A stretch of 64,000 nt of DNA from Candidatus Omnitrophota bacterium (lineage in GTDB: Bacteria; Omnitrophota; Gorgyraeia; Duberdicusellales; 4484-171): the NCBI GenBank assembly GCA_016935525.1, contig JAFGQU010000023.1:64897-128896 (forward strand), in the 5' to 3' direction. Under the pieces are notes generated by a model. The model ran no database searches. It was not told where the DNA came from and saw only the letters and a list, made by a program, of their open reading frames with translations. This document shows positions 29,466-38,678 of this stretch, one piece after another. Within the stretch, counting starts at the first letter, position 1. Every line of letters starts with the position of its first letter. Made by a program: the position numbers and the translations under genes.

Positions 29466-31829
29466 TTATGATTGTCGATACGATAAGATTTTTCCGGCCC
29501 ATTTCCGGACGAATTCTCCTAACCCTTTGTCTGACGAAAGGTAAGGTAAAATCAAAAGCGCCGCGACCGGCGACATCAATGTCCCTAAAATAACGAATAA
29601 ACCGAACCGCTGGGTCGGAGGAAATTGCGACAGGCTGAATATCCCGAAACCCGTCGCGACAATAGCCATTGAACTTACGATCGGCCGCCAGAGATGCCGG
29701 CACGCATGCCGCCAGGCTTTTGGCGATGTCATATCGCCCCGGTATAAGCGGCGCACGAATATCACCATATGGATCATCGCGTCGACTCCCATCCCGATGG
29801 CGATATTGGTCGCGGGAGCCGCGATCACATCTAACGGTACGTTCAAAAACCCAAGTAACCCTAAAAGCCAGAACGGGATACAACACAGGCTGATAAGTAA
29901 CGCCAGAGTCACCTGTACCGAACGCGACAAGAAAAATCCCATAATAACAAAAAGGAAGATCAATAAGGTTATCCCGCTTACCACACTCTTTTTTACCAGT
30001 TCGGAAAGTTTTCCCTGCAGAAGATATACCCCGCCGACCAGATCGACCTGAAACCCGTTTTCCCGGACACGATCCTTTAGATCTTCGATGATCTTGATAC
30101 GTTTCCCTTCCCGGGCGCCTTCTTTCATCCGGGCAATAACAAGAGTCTGACGGCGGTCTTCGGTCACAAAACTTTTTGTAACCGCTCCGAACGACGGATT
30201 ATCCAGGACATCGAGTATCCATTCCCAGGCAAATAAAAATGATAACGGGATCCGGTCTTTCGCCTCCGCCATGATCAAAGGAAGTGAAATAATATTTCCT
30301 ACCGTAGGGACCTGTTCTAAATTTTCCTGTAACTTCCATAACCTTTTATACATCCCGGCATGATTAAACGTGTCTCCGGCCGGATCGCTCACCACGATCT
30401 TTAACGGACTGCTGCCGCCGTTACGATCGATATATTCCAGCCCCTGGTAAATATCTCCGCCTTGACGAAAATAAGAAAGCAGGCTGGGATCGGTATCTAA
30501 CCGGATGATGCCTACCAGGCATACCGCGATCGTGATAAGTATCCCCATTACCAGGTCAGGATGGCGGCCGATAAAAAAAGATTCTCCGTATTTTTCAAGG
30601 TCCTGGAGATTTAACGGCGTATTCACTTTCCGGTTTTCGGCACGCATAAACCAGGGAAACACCAGATACGCGATGATCAAAGCGACTACCGTACCTATCG
30701 AACCGGATACTCCCAACCGCTGCAGGGGGCGGGCCTGGACAAACATAAGGCTTAAAAAACCCAAAAATGTCGTAAACCCGCTCCAGAACGATGCCGGAAA
30801 TGTCACTTTTAACGCTTCCCGAGCGCTATCCTGTTCTGATTTTCCTTTCTCATTGATACATTCCTGCCAGTTAAAGATAATAAAGATGATATGCGAAAGC
30901 GTAAGGACAAATACGATCGTCGAAAGGTTAGCGGTAAGTACACCGACTTTCATCCCTAAAAGGTCGTTCACGATCAAAGTAGCCACACTGGCCGTAATAC
31001 AGGTAAGTAATGTCCCCGCCAGAATAAATTTCGACCGGAAAATAGCGAAGATCATCAATCCGAAGATGACAAACGCGACGATACTGAAGATCTTCAGGTC
31101 ACGCATGAGGTTCCGCCGGATAAGTTCAGTCACATACGGCGGGCCGGACATCATGATATCAAAACCATCTTCGCTATACCGGTCCTGGATCATCTCTATT
31201 TTAGGGATCAATTCTTCAGGAGGGACCCCTTCGACAAACACCAGGATATTCGTCGCTTTCTGGTCATCAGACACAAGGATCCTCCTCCATAATTCGCTTT
31301 CGAAAGCGTTCTGGGGGCTAGCCGGGCCGTGAGTGATCGACTGCACGTTAAGCGTCTCCGGAATCGCTTTTAAAGCTTGTGAGAGTGAATCGATACGATG
31401 GATATACTCCTGGGAATGGATATCGCCGCGGACGCTCACGATCACCTGATCGGATTGATAAAATGTTTCCGCGATCTCTTTATCTTGTTTAAACTGGGGA
31501 TCATCGCTTGAGAAAAAGAAATTTCCGCCGATCTTCGGCTGCAGATCGACCGTGAAAATAAGCACGCCTACCAAACTGATCGATACCACGCCGATAGCGA
31601 TAATGATCTTCGTACGGTTTGTCTCGATCCCTCGACGGTACACCGAAAGCAATCGTTCGGACAGGTTTCCGCCGGCACAGACTATCTGCTTATACCGGAC
31701 GGCCAGATGAGAAAATACCGGGTGTAAATACACAGCCGATTTTTTCAGAAAAATACGCAGGCCGCGACGCTGTACGGCAAGTATTTTTTTGAGTATATAC
31801 ACGAGTATCAATTTACCATACCTGATCAA
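29466..31829 (-). CDS. MMPL/RND superfamily transporter (two 6-TM bundles with sterol-sensing-domain-like regions)
   Basis: 787 aa with two large hydrophobic blocks separated by soluble domains, as in MMPL/HpnN-like exporters. It appears to use a TTG start overlapping the upstream stop. Confidence 0.65.
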   Translation of the reverse strand: MIRYGKLILVYILKKILAVQRRGLRIFLKKSAVYLHPVFSHLAVRYKQIVCAGGNLSERLLSVYRRGIETNRTKIIIAIGVVSISLVGVLIFTVDLQPKIGGNFFFSSDDPQFKQDKEIAETFYQSDQVIVSVRGDIHSQEYIHRIDSLSQALKAIPETLNVQSITHGPASPQNAFESELWRRILVSDDQKATNILVFVEGVPPEELIPKIEMIQDRYSEDGFDIMMSGPPYVTELIRRNLMRDLKIFSIVAFVIFGLMIFAIFRSKFILAGTLLTCITASVATLIVNDLLGMKVGVLTANLSTIVFVLTLSHIIFIIFNWQECINEKGKSEQDSAREALKVTFPASFWSGFTTFLGFLSLMFVQARPLQRLGVSGSIGTVVALIIAYLVFPWFMRAENRKVNTPLNLQDLEKYGESFFIGRHPDLVMGILITIAVCLVGIIRLDTDPSLLSYFRQGGDIYQGLEYIDRNGGSSPLKIVVSDPAGDTFNHAGMYKRLWKLQENLEQVPTVGNIISLPLIMAEAKDRIPLSFLFAWEWILDVLDNPSFGAVTKSFVTEDRRQTLVIARMKEGAREGKRIKIIEDLKDRVRENGFQVDLVGGVYLLQGKLSELVKKSVVSGITLLIFLFVIMGFFLSRSVQVTLALLISLCCIPFWLLGLLGFLNVPLDVIAAPATNIAIGMGVDAMIHMVIFVRRLYRGDMTSPKAWRHACRHLWRPIVSSMAIVATGFGIFSLSQFPPTQRFGLFVILGTLMSPVAALLILPYLSSDKGLGEFVRKWAGKILSYRQS

Positions 31830-32347
31830 TCTTCGGCGATATATACTTTATCGCCCGGATGTACCCGGGCGATGACTTTAATCCCGATTTCGGCCCCGCG
31901 TCCGGCCATCACGATATCACGATGGTTCATCTGCATCGAATCGACCGGTTGCACGAAATCGCCATGGGCCCCTTTAAAACGGATCTTTCTGCCGATACGC
32001 AGGACCCCTTTAAGATTGATGATCCCCACCGAAATGTTAGGAAAATAATGGGTGACGACTCCCACTTCGCGTTCTTTCGAAAGACTTTTACTCTTCCGTT
32101 TCGGCGTGGGTACCTTTTTTTTACTTTTAAGTCCGGCCGTCTTTTTAACAGGTTTTATTTTTTTCTTATTTTTCGGCAGTTTCTTTTTGTTTTTCCTTAC
32201 GGATTCTTTCGGTTTCTTTCTCTTCCTTTTCGCGGATTTGGTGACAGATCTTTTCTTCAAAGGTTTTTTTGCGGATTTTTTGCGCGGTTTTTTCTTTGGT
32301 TCCGGCGATACCCCTAACCACGATTTTACGAGATCAAACAACCCCAT
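31826..32347 (-). CDS. Lysine-rich histone-H1-like N-terminal tail (about 95 aa; KKKPRKKSAKKPLKK...) fused to a small beta-barrel domain (EF-Tu domain-2-like?)
   Basis: Extreme K/R/P low-complexity N-terminus. The C-terminal 75 aa (VGIINLKGVLRIGRKIRFKG...GAEIGIKVIARVHPGDKVYI) resemble a translation-factor beta-barrel. Confidence 0.5.
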   Translation of the reverse strand: MGLFDLVKSWLGVSPEPKKKPRKKSAKKPLKKRSVTKSAKRKRKKPKESVRKNKKKLPKNKKKIKPVKKTAGLKSKKKVPTPKRKSKSLSKEREVGVVTHYFPNISVGIINLKGVLRIGRKIRFKGAHGDFVQPVDSMQMNHRDIVMAGRGAEIGIKVIARVHPGDKVYIAED

Positions 32348-32411
32348 CCTGCTCTTTATCCTTTATGCATGTATTGTACCGAAATCGGGCAGAGAACGCA
32401 ATCGACCAGGC

Positions 32412-33389
32412 TTATTGTCCTTGAGAAAACTCCTGGAGGGTAAAAAGGATATTATTGACGGATTCGACCAACGCCAACCCGCTGGGGAACTCACCGGTCG
32501 CGGTGACTGCTGCCGGTACGGAATGCGAGATCAACCCGATCAGACGTAACTGGATCTGGACATCTCCTTTGGCACTGACATATTCTCTTCTTAAAAACAC
32601 CGGGCTTCCGCTGGTCCCCGGTAATATTCCGCCTTCAATAAGGATCTTTTTACTGTCTAAGAATTTCGATACGATACCTTTACGTACTACCGGATCAAGC
32701 GCGTGTTTTTTATTGAAATTGCTCAATACCGAAAGCTCAGGGAACCCGAAGAAATAGATTTCTTCGGCTTTATAAATATTTTCATACCCCAGGACGCTCG
32801 ATTTATCGTCATAAATATCCACTACGTAAGAAGTATAGTGGGGTTCTTCCTCTTTAGCGCTTCTGGCGGAACGCTTCTGTTTTTTCTGTTCTTTCGATTC
32901 AGTCTGATATGTACGTATCCGGACAATACCCACATCGATATCGTTATCTTTATTCAATTTAAGCGTCCCCTTATTCCAGCAATCGACCAGATCGATCTCA
33001 TAAGGCACTATTTTCTCTGTACCCGCAGGATCTTGCGTCACAAACCTCTGGAACGTGATCACTTTACCCGGATTATCAAGAAGGATCTTAAGCGCCTTTT
33101 CGAACACATGGCCGGAACTTACCAGATAGATATAATTGCCCCCATCGGTCATGAAAAACCCGGTTCCCACGTCCTGAGTAATGGTCTTTGAAAACTTTTC
33201 ATAACGGACCATGATCTTGGTGACCCGGACATCATACTGATCGGAAGTAAGGATGGCTTTGCGATAATACCGCGTCCGGGGATTTTGGGAAAAAGTATTA
33301 TCGCCGTATCCTGAGACCGGGTCAGTAAATCCCCAGCCAAGAGCAAAAATGACCGCAAGCAGAAAACATATCCGCCGCATACTATACAC
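32412..33389 (-). CDS. Secreted trypsin-like (S1 family) serine peptidase
   Basis: Signal peptide, an SGH region around the catalytic His, and GTSGSPVF (the GDSGGP-type active-site Ser motif). Confidence 0.65.
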   Translation of the reverse strand: MYSMRRICFLLAVIFALGWGFTDPVSGYGDNTFSQNPRTRYYRKAILTSDQYDVRVTKIMVRYEKFSKTITQDVGTGFFMTDGGNYIYLVSSGHVFEKALKILLDNPGKVITFQRFVTQDPAGTEKIVPYEIDLVDCWNKGTLKLNKDNDIDVGIVRIRTYQTESKEQKKQKRSARSAKEEEPHYTSYVVDIYDDKSSVLGYENIYKAEEIYFFGFPELSVLSNFNKKHALDPVVRKGIVSKFLDSKKILIEGGILPGTSGSPVFLRREYVSAKGDVQIQLRLIGLISHSVPAAVTATGEFPSGLALVESVNNILFTLQEFSQGQ

Positions 33390-33398
33390 CTTTCGCGT

Positions 33399-34664
33399 TT
33401 ATTCTTCGGATTTAAATTTATCTTTTATTATCGCCTCGACCCCCCGAAACAAGTTTTTTATGGTCTTCACTGCGGGGTCATCTTCGATATTTTTGATATC
33501 CGTCTCGCCTTTAAGCACCCGGTCCAGCACGTCACCGACATTCTGCATCGTAAGCTGCTGCAGACGTGCTGTTACCTGCCCCATATCGATAGAAGGATGG
33601 TCGAGCTTTGTCTTAAGCGGCGGCAAATTGAAGTAAGGATTATCATCCTTTTTTTTTAACGCGGCTAGGGCATTTTGGAGTGACTCGACTTTATCCGGCC
33701 TTAACGGATCGTTTTTGAACGCTACATCTTCAAACATCACTTCACCGGAGATAACAAGATCGTTATCGGCGGCTCTTAACTCTACAAGCAAAGAAAGGAA
33801 CGCCTGTTCCAGGTCGAGGTCATAAGCTTTAAACCCGCGCGAGTACTGTTTATCAAAAGTAAGATAATCATAACGGTCTACTTTCACCTGCGCTTCCATA
33901 TTTTTATAAAACCAATCGAGCCAACCGTCGGCTTTTAAGATATCGGGCATTTTTCTTGTTTCGGTCTCCATAGATGCCGAAACATCAAAATAGAACATCA
34001 ACAATTTCGGCAGGTTAAAATCCTTCAGCTTAACGTTGGTATCTTTCAAGGTGAATTCAAGCGGCGGGACAAAAGTATAATCGGTATAGGCAAGAGTTAT
34101 CTGTTTCAGTAATATTTCTCTGATGATAAGGGAAAAAGGGATATCTCTTTTCGGCACAGCCGAAGCGGTTAAGGGGCTTGAAATATCGACTTTACGGTTC
34201 ACGTCGACCTGATCCAATAACGGAGCGTCTTTTGAGGCCGCGATCTTGTAGCGCCAGAACGGTTCAATCGTCACCTCGTCTCTTTGCCGGACGACCTGGA
34301 CTTTAAGGCCGTCTATCTGGAGCCGGCTGAATATAGGGGTAACCGGATCGAACTTTACTCTCTCAAGTCTAAGATATGCGTGAGAAAAAGAGACATCACC
34401 GCAGGAGAAATCGCTGATAACCAGAGTAAACGGAAATGAAAGTTTTATCTGTTTTATTTCGGCCTGGACGCCATAGGTAGTGGATAAATAAGACTCTATA
34501 AAACTCTTCCCCTGACTGTTCACATAGATCATCAAACCCACATAACTGATTACGATCAACACAACGGCAACAACAACAAGCGCGAGAATAAGTTTACCTA
34601 ATTTTTCTATCATTTCATTCCCCTTTTCATTGTACAGTACAAAAAATAAATACCGAATTTTCAA
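33399..34664 (-). CDS. Membrane-anchored protein of unknown function (AsmA-like?)
   Basis: N-terminal TM LILALVVVAVVLIVISYVGLMIYV, then a 380-aa soluble region with no recognized catalytic motif. Confidence 0.35.
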   Translation of the reverse strand: MKIRYLFFVLYNEKGNEMIEKLGKLILALVVVAVVLIVISYVGLMIYVNSQGKSFIESYLSTTYGVQAEIKQIKLSFPFTLVISDFSCGDVSFSHAYLRLERVKFDPVTPIFSRLQIDGLKVQVVRQRDEVTIEPFWRYKIAASKDAPLLDQVDVNRKVDISSPLTASAVPKRDIPFSLIIREILLKQITLAYTDYTFVPPLEFTLKDTNVKLKDFNLPKLLMFYFDVSASMETETRKMPDILKADGWLDWFYKNMEAQVKVDRYDYLTFDKQYSRGFKAYDLDLEQAFLSLLVELRAADNDLVISGEVMFEDVAFKNDPLRPDKVESLQNALAALKKKDDNPYFNLPPLKTKLDHPSIDMGQVTARLQQLTMQNVGDVLDRVLKGETDIKNIEDDPAVKTIKNLFRGVEAIIKDKFKSEE

Positions 34665-34819
34665 CGCGTTTCGCGTGTCGCGTTACGCGTTACGATAAAG
34701 ACAGCGCGCCCGGCATTCTTCGTCATGCGTAACGCGTTCTGCGTAACGCGTGAAGAAAAATAAAAACCAAGTTTTCAACGCGTGTCGCGTTACTCGTTAC
34801 GCGTTACGATAAAAACAAC
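34664..34819. repeat. Two tandem copies of a CGTTACGCG-rich element of about 55-100 bp downstream of tRNA-Arg. The distal copy carries a fragment of the tRNA-Arg 3' end.
   Basis: 34664-34716 is ...cgcgttacgcgttacgataaagacaGCGCGCCCGGCA, against 34770-34830 ...cgcgttactcgttacgcgttacgataaaaacaaCGCGCCCGGCAGGG (the true tRNA end). The shared block gaagaaaaataaaaaccaagttttcaacgcg precedes both. Confidence 0.7.
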
Positions 34820-34893
34820 GCGCCCGGCAGGGATCGAACCTGCCACATTCTGCTTAGAAGGCAGATGCTCTATCCAAATGAGCTACGGGCGCA
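34820..34893 (-). tRNA. tRNA-Arg (TCT)
   Basis: Reverse complement GCGCCCG-TA-GCTC-ATTTGGATA-GAGC-A-TCTGC-CTTCTAA-GCAGA-ATGTG-GCAGG-TTCGATC-CCTGC-CGGGCGC-G. Anticodon TCT. CCA is not encoded. Confidence 0.85.
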
Positions 34894-35074
34894 TAATAGC
34901 TAATGGCGTACAGCCAATGGCTAATGTTAGCAAAGAACCTCGATGGCATATTACCATGAGTCCATTAAAATCCAAATGCTCAATGAGGCTTACGCTTTTT
35001 AGAGCCAGCAGCGAATAAAAAGCGTGTAGTCGAATTAGTCCCGCGTATCCCCGCGGGAAGCTACGGGCGCAAAA

Positions 35075-35168
35075 AGCGTCACGCGTTCTGCGTCATGCGT
35101 AACGCGTGAAGAAAAATAAAAACCAAGTTTTCAACGCGGTACGCGTTACTCGTTACGCGTTACGAAAT
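35075..35168. repeat. Third copy of the CGTTACGCG-rich element, immediately downstream of tRNA-Pro
   Basis: cgtcacgcgttctgcgtcatgcgtaacgcgtgaagaaaaataaaaaccaagttttcaacgcggtacgcgttactcgttacgcgttacga is near-identical to 34720-34808. Confidence 0.7.
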
Positions 35169-35246
35169 TGGTCGGGGCGACAGGATTTGAACCTGTGACA
35201 TCTTGGTCCCAAACCAAGCGCTCTAGCCAGGCTGAGCCACGCCCCG
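35169..35246 (-). tRNA. tRNA-Pro (TGG)
   Basis: Reverse complement CGGGGCG-TG-GCTC-AGCCTGGCTA-GAGC-G-CTTGG-TTTGGGA-CCAAG-ATGTC-ACAGG-TTCAAAT-CCTGT-CGCCCCG-A-CCA. Anticodon TGG. CCA is encoded. Confidence 0.85.
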
Positions 35247-35499
35247 AGGCGATAGCGCGTTCGCGCTATCTCGTAACGCGTGAGAAAATAGATTTTCAAT
35301 ACATTCCGTGATAATCCGCGTAGATATCCCCGCCTGCCTGTCAGCCCCGCACAGCGTGGGGCAGGCTGCCTCCCGACCAACGGGAGGGCGGGCAGGTCAC
35401 GCCCCGAAGAATAGCGTATAGCGGTTAGGGTATAGCGTTTAGTAAATAATTCTAATCTCCTCTAATCACTCGCCTCGAAGACTTTCAAAGAAGAGACGC

Positions 35500-35580
35500 C
35501 CTCGCATCGCTGTCACCCCTGAAGATTCTCACAAAAGAAATTTCTTCACGTGTGACTATGTGACCTTGTGTCGTGTGACC
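35500..35580. repeat. GTCACA-family element with right (TGTGAC) arm only
   Basis: cacgTGTGACtaTGTGACctTGTGTCgTGTGACc. Confidence 0.6.
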
Positions 35581-35603
35581 TTTATCATCCGCTTCTATAT
35601 ATA

Positions 35604-36206
35604 TTAGGCAGTTTTCAAATAACGGGCAAGGAATTTCTTAAACTTCTTAAATCCCCGGGCGCGATGACTGATCTTGTTCTTCTCCCGTAAAGGGAGCTGA
35701 GCAACGGTCTTTTTGTAGCGCGCAAGATAAAACACGGGATCGTACCCGAACCCCCCTCTTCCTTTAGGAGTACTACCGATAATCCCGCTGAGATTTCCCT
35801 CACATGCAAACAGCAACTTACCGTTTTTCACGGCCGCGATCGCGCAGGTATATTGGGCACCGCGTAATCTTTTATTACAATGTTCCAACTCTTCAAGTAA
35901 CTTGCGATTATTTTTTTCATCAGTCGCCTGCTCCCCCGAATATCTGCGGGAAAACACGCCTGGCCGGTTATCGAGCGAAAAAACCTCAAGCCCCGAATCC
36001 TCGCCGACCACCAGGTCATCGGGATAATACCGGGAGACTACTTTTGCCTTTTTATAGGCGTTTGCACCGAATGTACGGCCGGTCTCTTTTATCGAAAACG
36101 TACGGTCCAAATCGGCAAGCGAGACGGTTTTTATCTTTATCCCGCGCAGGATCTTCTTTATTTCCCGCATTTTCCCTCTATTCTCGGTCGCTATGATCAA
36201 TCTCAT
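35604..36206 (-). CDS. rdgB: Non-canonical purine NTP pyrophosphatase (RdgB/HAM1, ITPase)
   Basis: MRLIIATENRGKMREI, VGEDSGLEV and FGYDPVF motifs. Confidence 0.85.
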   Translation of the reverse strand: MRLIIATENRGKMREIKKILRGIKIKTVSLADLDRTFSIKETGRTFGANAYKKAKVVSRYYPDDLVVGEDSGLEVFSLDNRPGVFSRRYSGEQATDEKNNRKLLEELEHCNKRLRGAQYTCAIAAVKNGKLLFACEGNLSGIIGSTPKGRGGFGYDPVFYLARYKKTVAQLPLREKNKISHRARGFKKFKKFLARYLKTA

Positions 36207-36214
36207 GACTTTAC

Positions 36215-36330
36215 CATGTCACACGTTGCACGTCACACGACACACGTATCTTCTTTGCGTATGACTCTGTGACCATGTGACTTTGTGACTCGCCGAAGGC
36301 AGATGTGTGACTTTGTGACCATGTGACTTT
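36215..36330. repeat. GTCACA-family composite element (left GTCACA array, right array of 6 TGTGAC units)
   Basis: atGTCACAcgttgcacGTCACAcgacacacg ... ctcTGTGACcaTGTGACttTGTGACtcgccgaaggcagatgTGTGACttTGTGACcaTGTGAC. Confidence 0.7.
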
Positions 36331-36332
36331 TG

Positions 36333-37070
36333 TTAGAGTTTACCGATGATATCTTTATAGTATTTTTTCTCTTCCTCGACTATTTCAAGGATACCTTTTT
36401 TAGCCAGCTCCAGTAACGCGTCAAGATCGTCTTTCGAAAACGAACCGTTCTCGGCAGTCCCCTGGATTTCGACGAATTCTCCTGCCCCTTTCATCACCAC
36501 GTTCATATCCACATCAGCCTCGACATCTTCCTGATAACTTAAATCGAGCACATGATTGCCCCGCAATATCCCGACACTTATCGCGCCCAGATAATCTACT
36601 ACCGGGAATTCAGTGATCACCCCTTGTTTATACATCGCCTGCAGGCAATCGACCAGGGCGAAAAACCCGCCGATTACCGATACCGTCCTTGTCCCTCCGT
36701 CGGCCTGGATCACATCACAATCGATCCATATCGTTTTCTCCCCCAACAGTCTCATATCGATGACACTACGCAGAGACCTTCCGATAAGTCTTTGGATTTC
36801 CATGGTCCGGCCGGAGACCTTATCGCGTACTATCCGGCTTTGCGTGGAACGGGGAAGCATCCGGTATTCAGCAGTAAGCCAACCGGTATTAGTGCCTTTT
36901 AAAAAAGGCGGCACGTTTCTTTCAACCGTTGCCGCGCAAAGCACCCGGGTATCACCTAACTCGATAAGGCATGACCCCTCGGCTGTATTCAAATAATCTC
37001 TCTGAACTTTGATCTGTCGTAACTGGGTCAGTGCCCGTTTATCTTTTCGTTCCATCCTCTCTCCTTTCAC
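36333..37070 (-). CDS. rph: Ribonuclease PH
   Basis: [57 protein letters not shown] is the conserved RNase PH core. Confidence 0.9.
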   Translation of the reverse strand: MKGERMERKDKRALTQLRQIKVQRDYLNTAEGSCLIELGDTRVLCAATVERNVPPFLKGTNTGWLTAEYRMLPRSTQSRIVRDKVSGRTMEIQRLIGRSLRSVIDMRLLGEKTIWIDCDVIQADGGTRTVSVIGGFFALVDCLQAMYKQGVITEFPVVDYLGAISVGILRGNHVLDLSYQEDVEADVDMNVVMKGAGEFVEIQGTAENGSFSKDDLDALLELAKKGILEIVEEEKKYYKDIIGKL

Positions 37071-37078
37071 TCTTGTAA

Positions 37079-37180
37079 GTCACACGCTTGTCTACCGACA
37101 AGCTAGTCACAAGGTTACATCGTCACATGTCAAAATATCTCTTACTACGTGTGACGTGTGTCGTGTGACTATGTGACGTT
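37079..37180. repeat. GTCACA-family composite element
   Basis: aGTCACAcg...taGTCACAag...cGTCACAtg ... cgTGTGACgTGTGTCgTGTGACtaTGTGACg. Confidence 0.7.
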
Positions 37181-37182
37181 TT

Positions 37183-37716
37183 TTACTCGCTACTTGTTCC
37201 TAGCCGTTCGTAGATATCGTTTCCCTGGGTGTCGATCGCCACGATAAGCGGAAATTTTTCGACTTCGAATTCAAACACCGCTTCAGCCCCCAGATCACCG
37301 AAGGCGATAAGTCTATATGATGTAATACGGTTTCGCAGATATGCCGCGCACCCGGCATGAGTCACAAAGTAGACTCTTTTATATTCTTTACATAACTGGC
37401 GCATTGCCGGCTCGCGCTGTCCTTTACCGATCGTCGCGGCGACACCTTGAATGTACATGGCTTTCATATACACATCCATCCGGCTTGCCGTAGTAGGCCC
37501 GCACGCGCCCAGAGTATCCCCTTTTATATTCGGGCCGCAATAATAAATAATCTTATTTTTCAAATCTAAAGGAAGCGCCTGGGTACGACCGAGGAGCTCG
37601 ATAAACCGTTGATGCGCCCGGTCACGTGCCGTATAGACCGTCCCGTTCAAAAGCACCACCTGCCCCGCCTTAAGACTAATTAAATCTTTTTCCGATAACG
37701 GTGTCTTTAATTCCAT
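37183..37716 (-). CDS. Class I fumarate hydratase / L(+)-tartrate dehydratase beta subunit (Fe-S hydro-lyase C-terminal domain)
   Basis: 177 aa. GPTTASRMD and HAGCAAY-type motifs of the FumA C-terminal / TtdB family. Confidence 0.7.
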   Translation of the reverse strand: MELKTPLSEKDLISLKAGQVVLLNGTVYTARDRAHQRFIELLGRTQALPLDLKNKIIYYCGPNIKGDTLGACGPTTASRMDVYMKAMYIQGVAATIGKGQREPAMRQLCKEYKRVYFVTHAGCAAYLRNRITSYRLIAFGDLGAEAVFEFEVEKFPLIVAIDTQGNDIYERLGTSSE

Positions 37717-37720
37717 ATTC

Positions 37721-37858
37721 TATTCCTTATATAGAAATACAGTTGAAATACGATGGAAATATGTCCCTGAAGAGACGAAATACATTGTAAAAACAATTGC
37801 ATTTCATGAGCGATAGCGAGTATATTTCGCGAAGCATATTTCTATATATTTCAAAAAT
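37721..37858. repeat. GAAATA-family composite element (GAAATA direct repeats, a central palindrome, TATTTC inverted repeats) lying between the fumarase beta and alpha genes
   Basis: taGAAATAcagttGAAATAcgatgGAAATAtg...GAAATAcattgtaaaaacaattgcatttc...gagcgatagcgagTATATTTCgcgaagcaTATTTCtaTATATTTCaaa. It shares the blocks gagcgatagcgagtatatttc and atatatttcaaa with 56977-57112. Confidence 0.7.
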
Positions 37859-38678
37859 CCCTGATTGTGGCACTCGCGCTGCGTAACGCGTGACAACTTA
37901 TATTTACCCCGACGGGAAGCCCGGCGATATGAGTAGGCGCTGTCTTTATTTTTACCGCAAGACAGGTATATTTCCCGCCTAATCCCATCGGCCCAATATG
38001 CAACGCGTTGATCTTTTCATAAAGCGATGTTTCCCATTTTCCGGCCGATGTATCGCGCGCCGGCCGGTCTATCCGGCCGATTAACGCTTCTTTCGCCAAA
38101 AGCAGACACGAATCGGATGTGCCGCCTATACCCACCCCCACGACATAAGGAGGACATGCGTCGCATCCGGCTTTTCTTACCGCTTCAACGATGAATTCGT
38201 CGATACTTTCTCTGGATACGGTCGGATTGAACATCTTCAGTTGAGATTTATTTTCCGAACCGAACCCTTTAGGGAAAACGGTAATGGTAAAGCCTTTCTT
38301 CCTGGTAAACCCTATATGAGTTATATAAGGGCTATAAGAAAGATGCCGGTCCGAATCGATAGTCGAAGCACGGAAGCCATATTCGGCATACCCCTGATCG
38401 ATCCCTTCCTGGATAGCGTCGATGAGCGCGCGGCTTATTTTCACATCAGCTCCGGCCTCTAAGAAAACTATCGGCAATCCTGTATCCTGACACAACGCGA
38501 TACGCCGCGCGCGGGCGATACGGGCATTCTCAAGAATAACGCCTAAAGCCTCTTGCGCCTGCCGGTTATCTTCATCCTGATAGGCGGTCCGGAGCAGTCC
38601 GGCCACATCTTTACGTAATTCGGTATTGGCTTTTACTACGAGTTTTTTTACCGTACTGACGATTTTTTTCCTGTTCAT
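37851..38678 (-). CDS. Class I fumarate hydratase / tartrate dehydratase alpha subunit (Fe-S hydro-lyase N-terminal domain)
   Basis: CQDTGLPIVFLEAG plus the Cys ligands of the FumA N-terminal / TtdA family. Confidence 0.7.
   Translation of the reverse strand: MNRKKIVSTVKKLVVKANTELRKDVAGLLRTAYQDEDNRQAQEALGVILENARIARARRIALCQDTGLPIVFLEAGADVKISRALIDAIQEGIDQGYAEYGFRASTIDSDRHLSYSPYITHIGFTRKKGFTITVFPKGFGSENKSQLKMFNPTVSRESIDEFIVEAVRKAGCDACPPYVVGVGIGGTSDSCLLLAKEALIGRIDRPARDTSAGKWETSLYEKINALHIGPMGLGGKYTCLAVKIKTAPTHIAGLPVGVNISCHALRSASATIRDF

Noticed and set aside
30505-31332. 275-aa plus-strand ORF inside the MMPL transporter gene
   Set aside because: It is antisense to a confident 787-aa membrane protein, has no motif, and its composition is odd (R/S-rich).
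31859-32549. 152-aa and 165-aa plus-strand ORFs rich in F/L/R
   Set aside because: They are the mirror image of the lysine-rich (AAG/AAA-rich) minus-strand gene. Poly-Lys codons read antisense give Phe/Leu runs.
35153-35380. 75-aa ORF overlapping tRNA-Pro
   Set aside because: The region folds as a canonical tRNA-Pro(TGG). The ORF is a by-product of GC-rich tRNA sequence.
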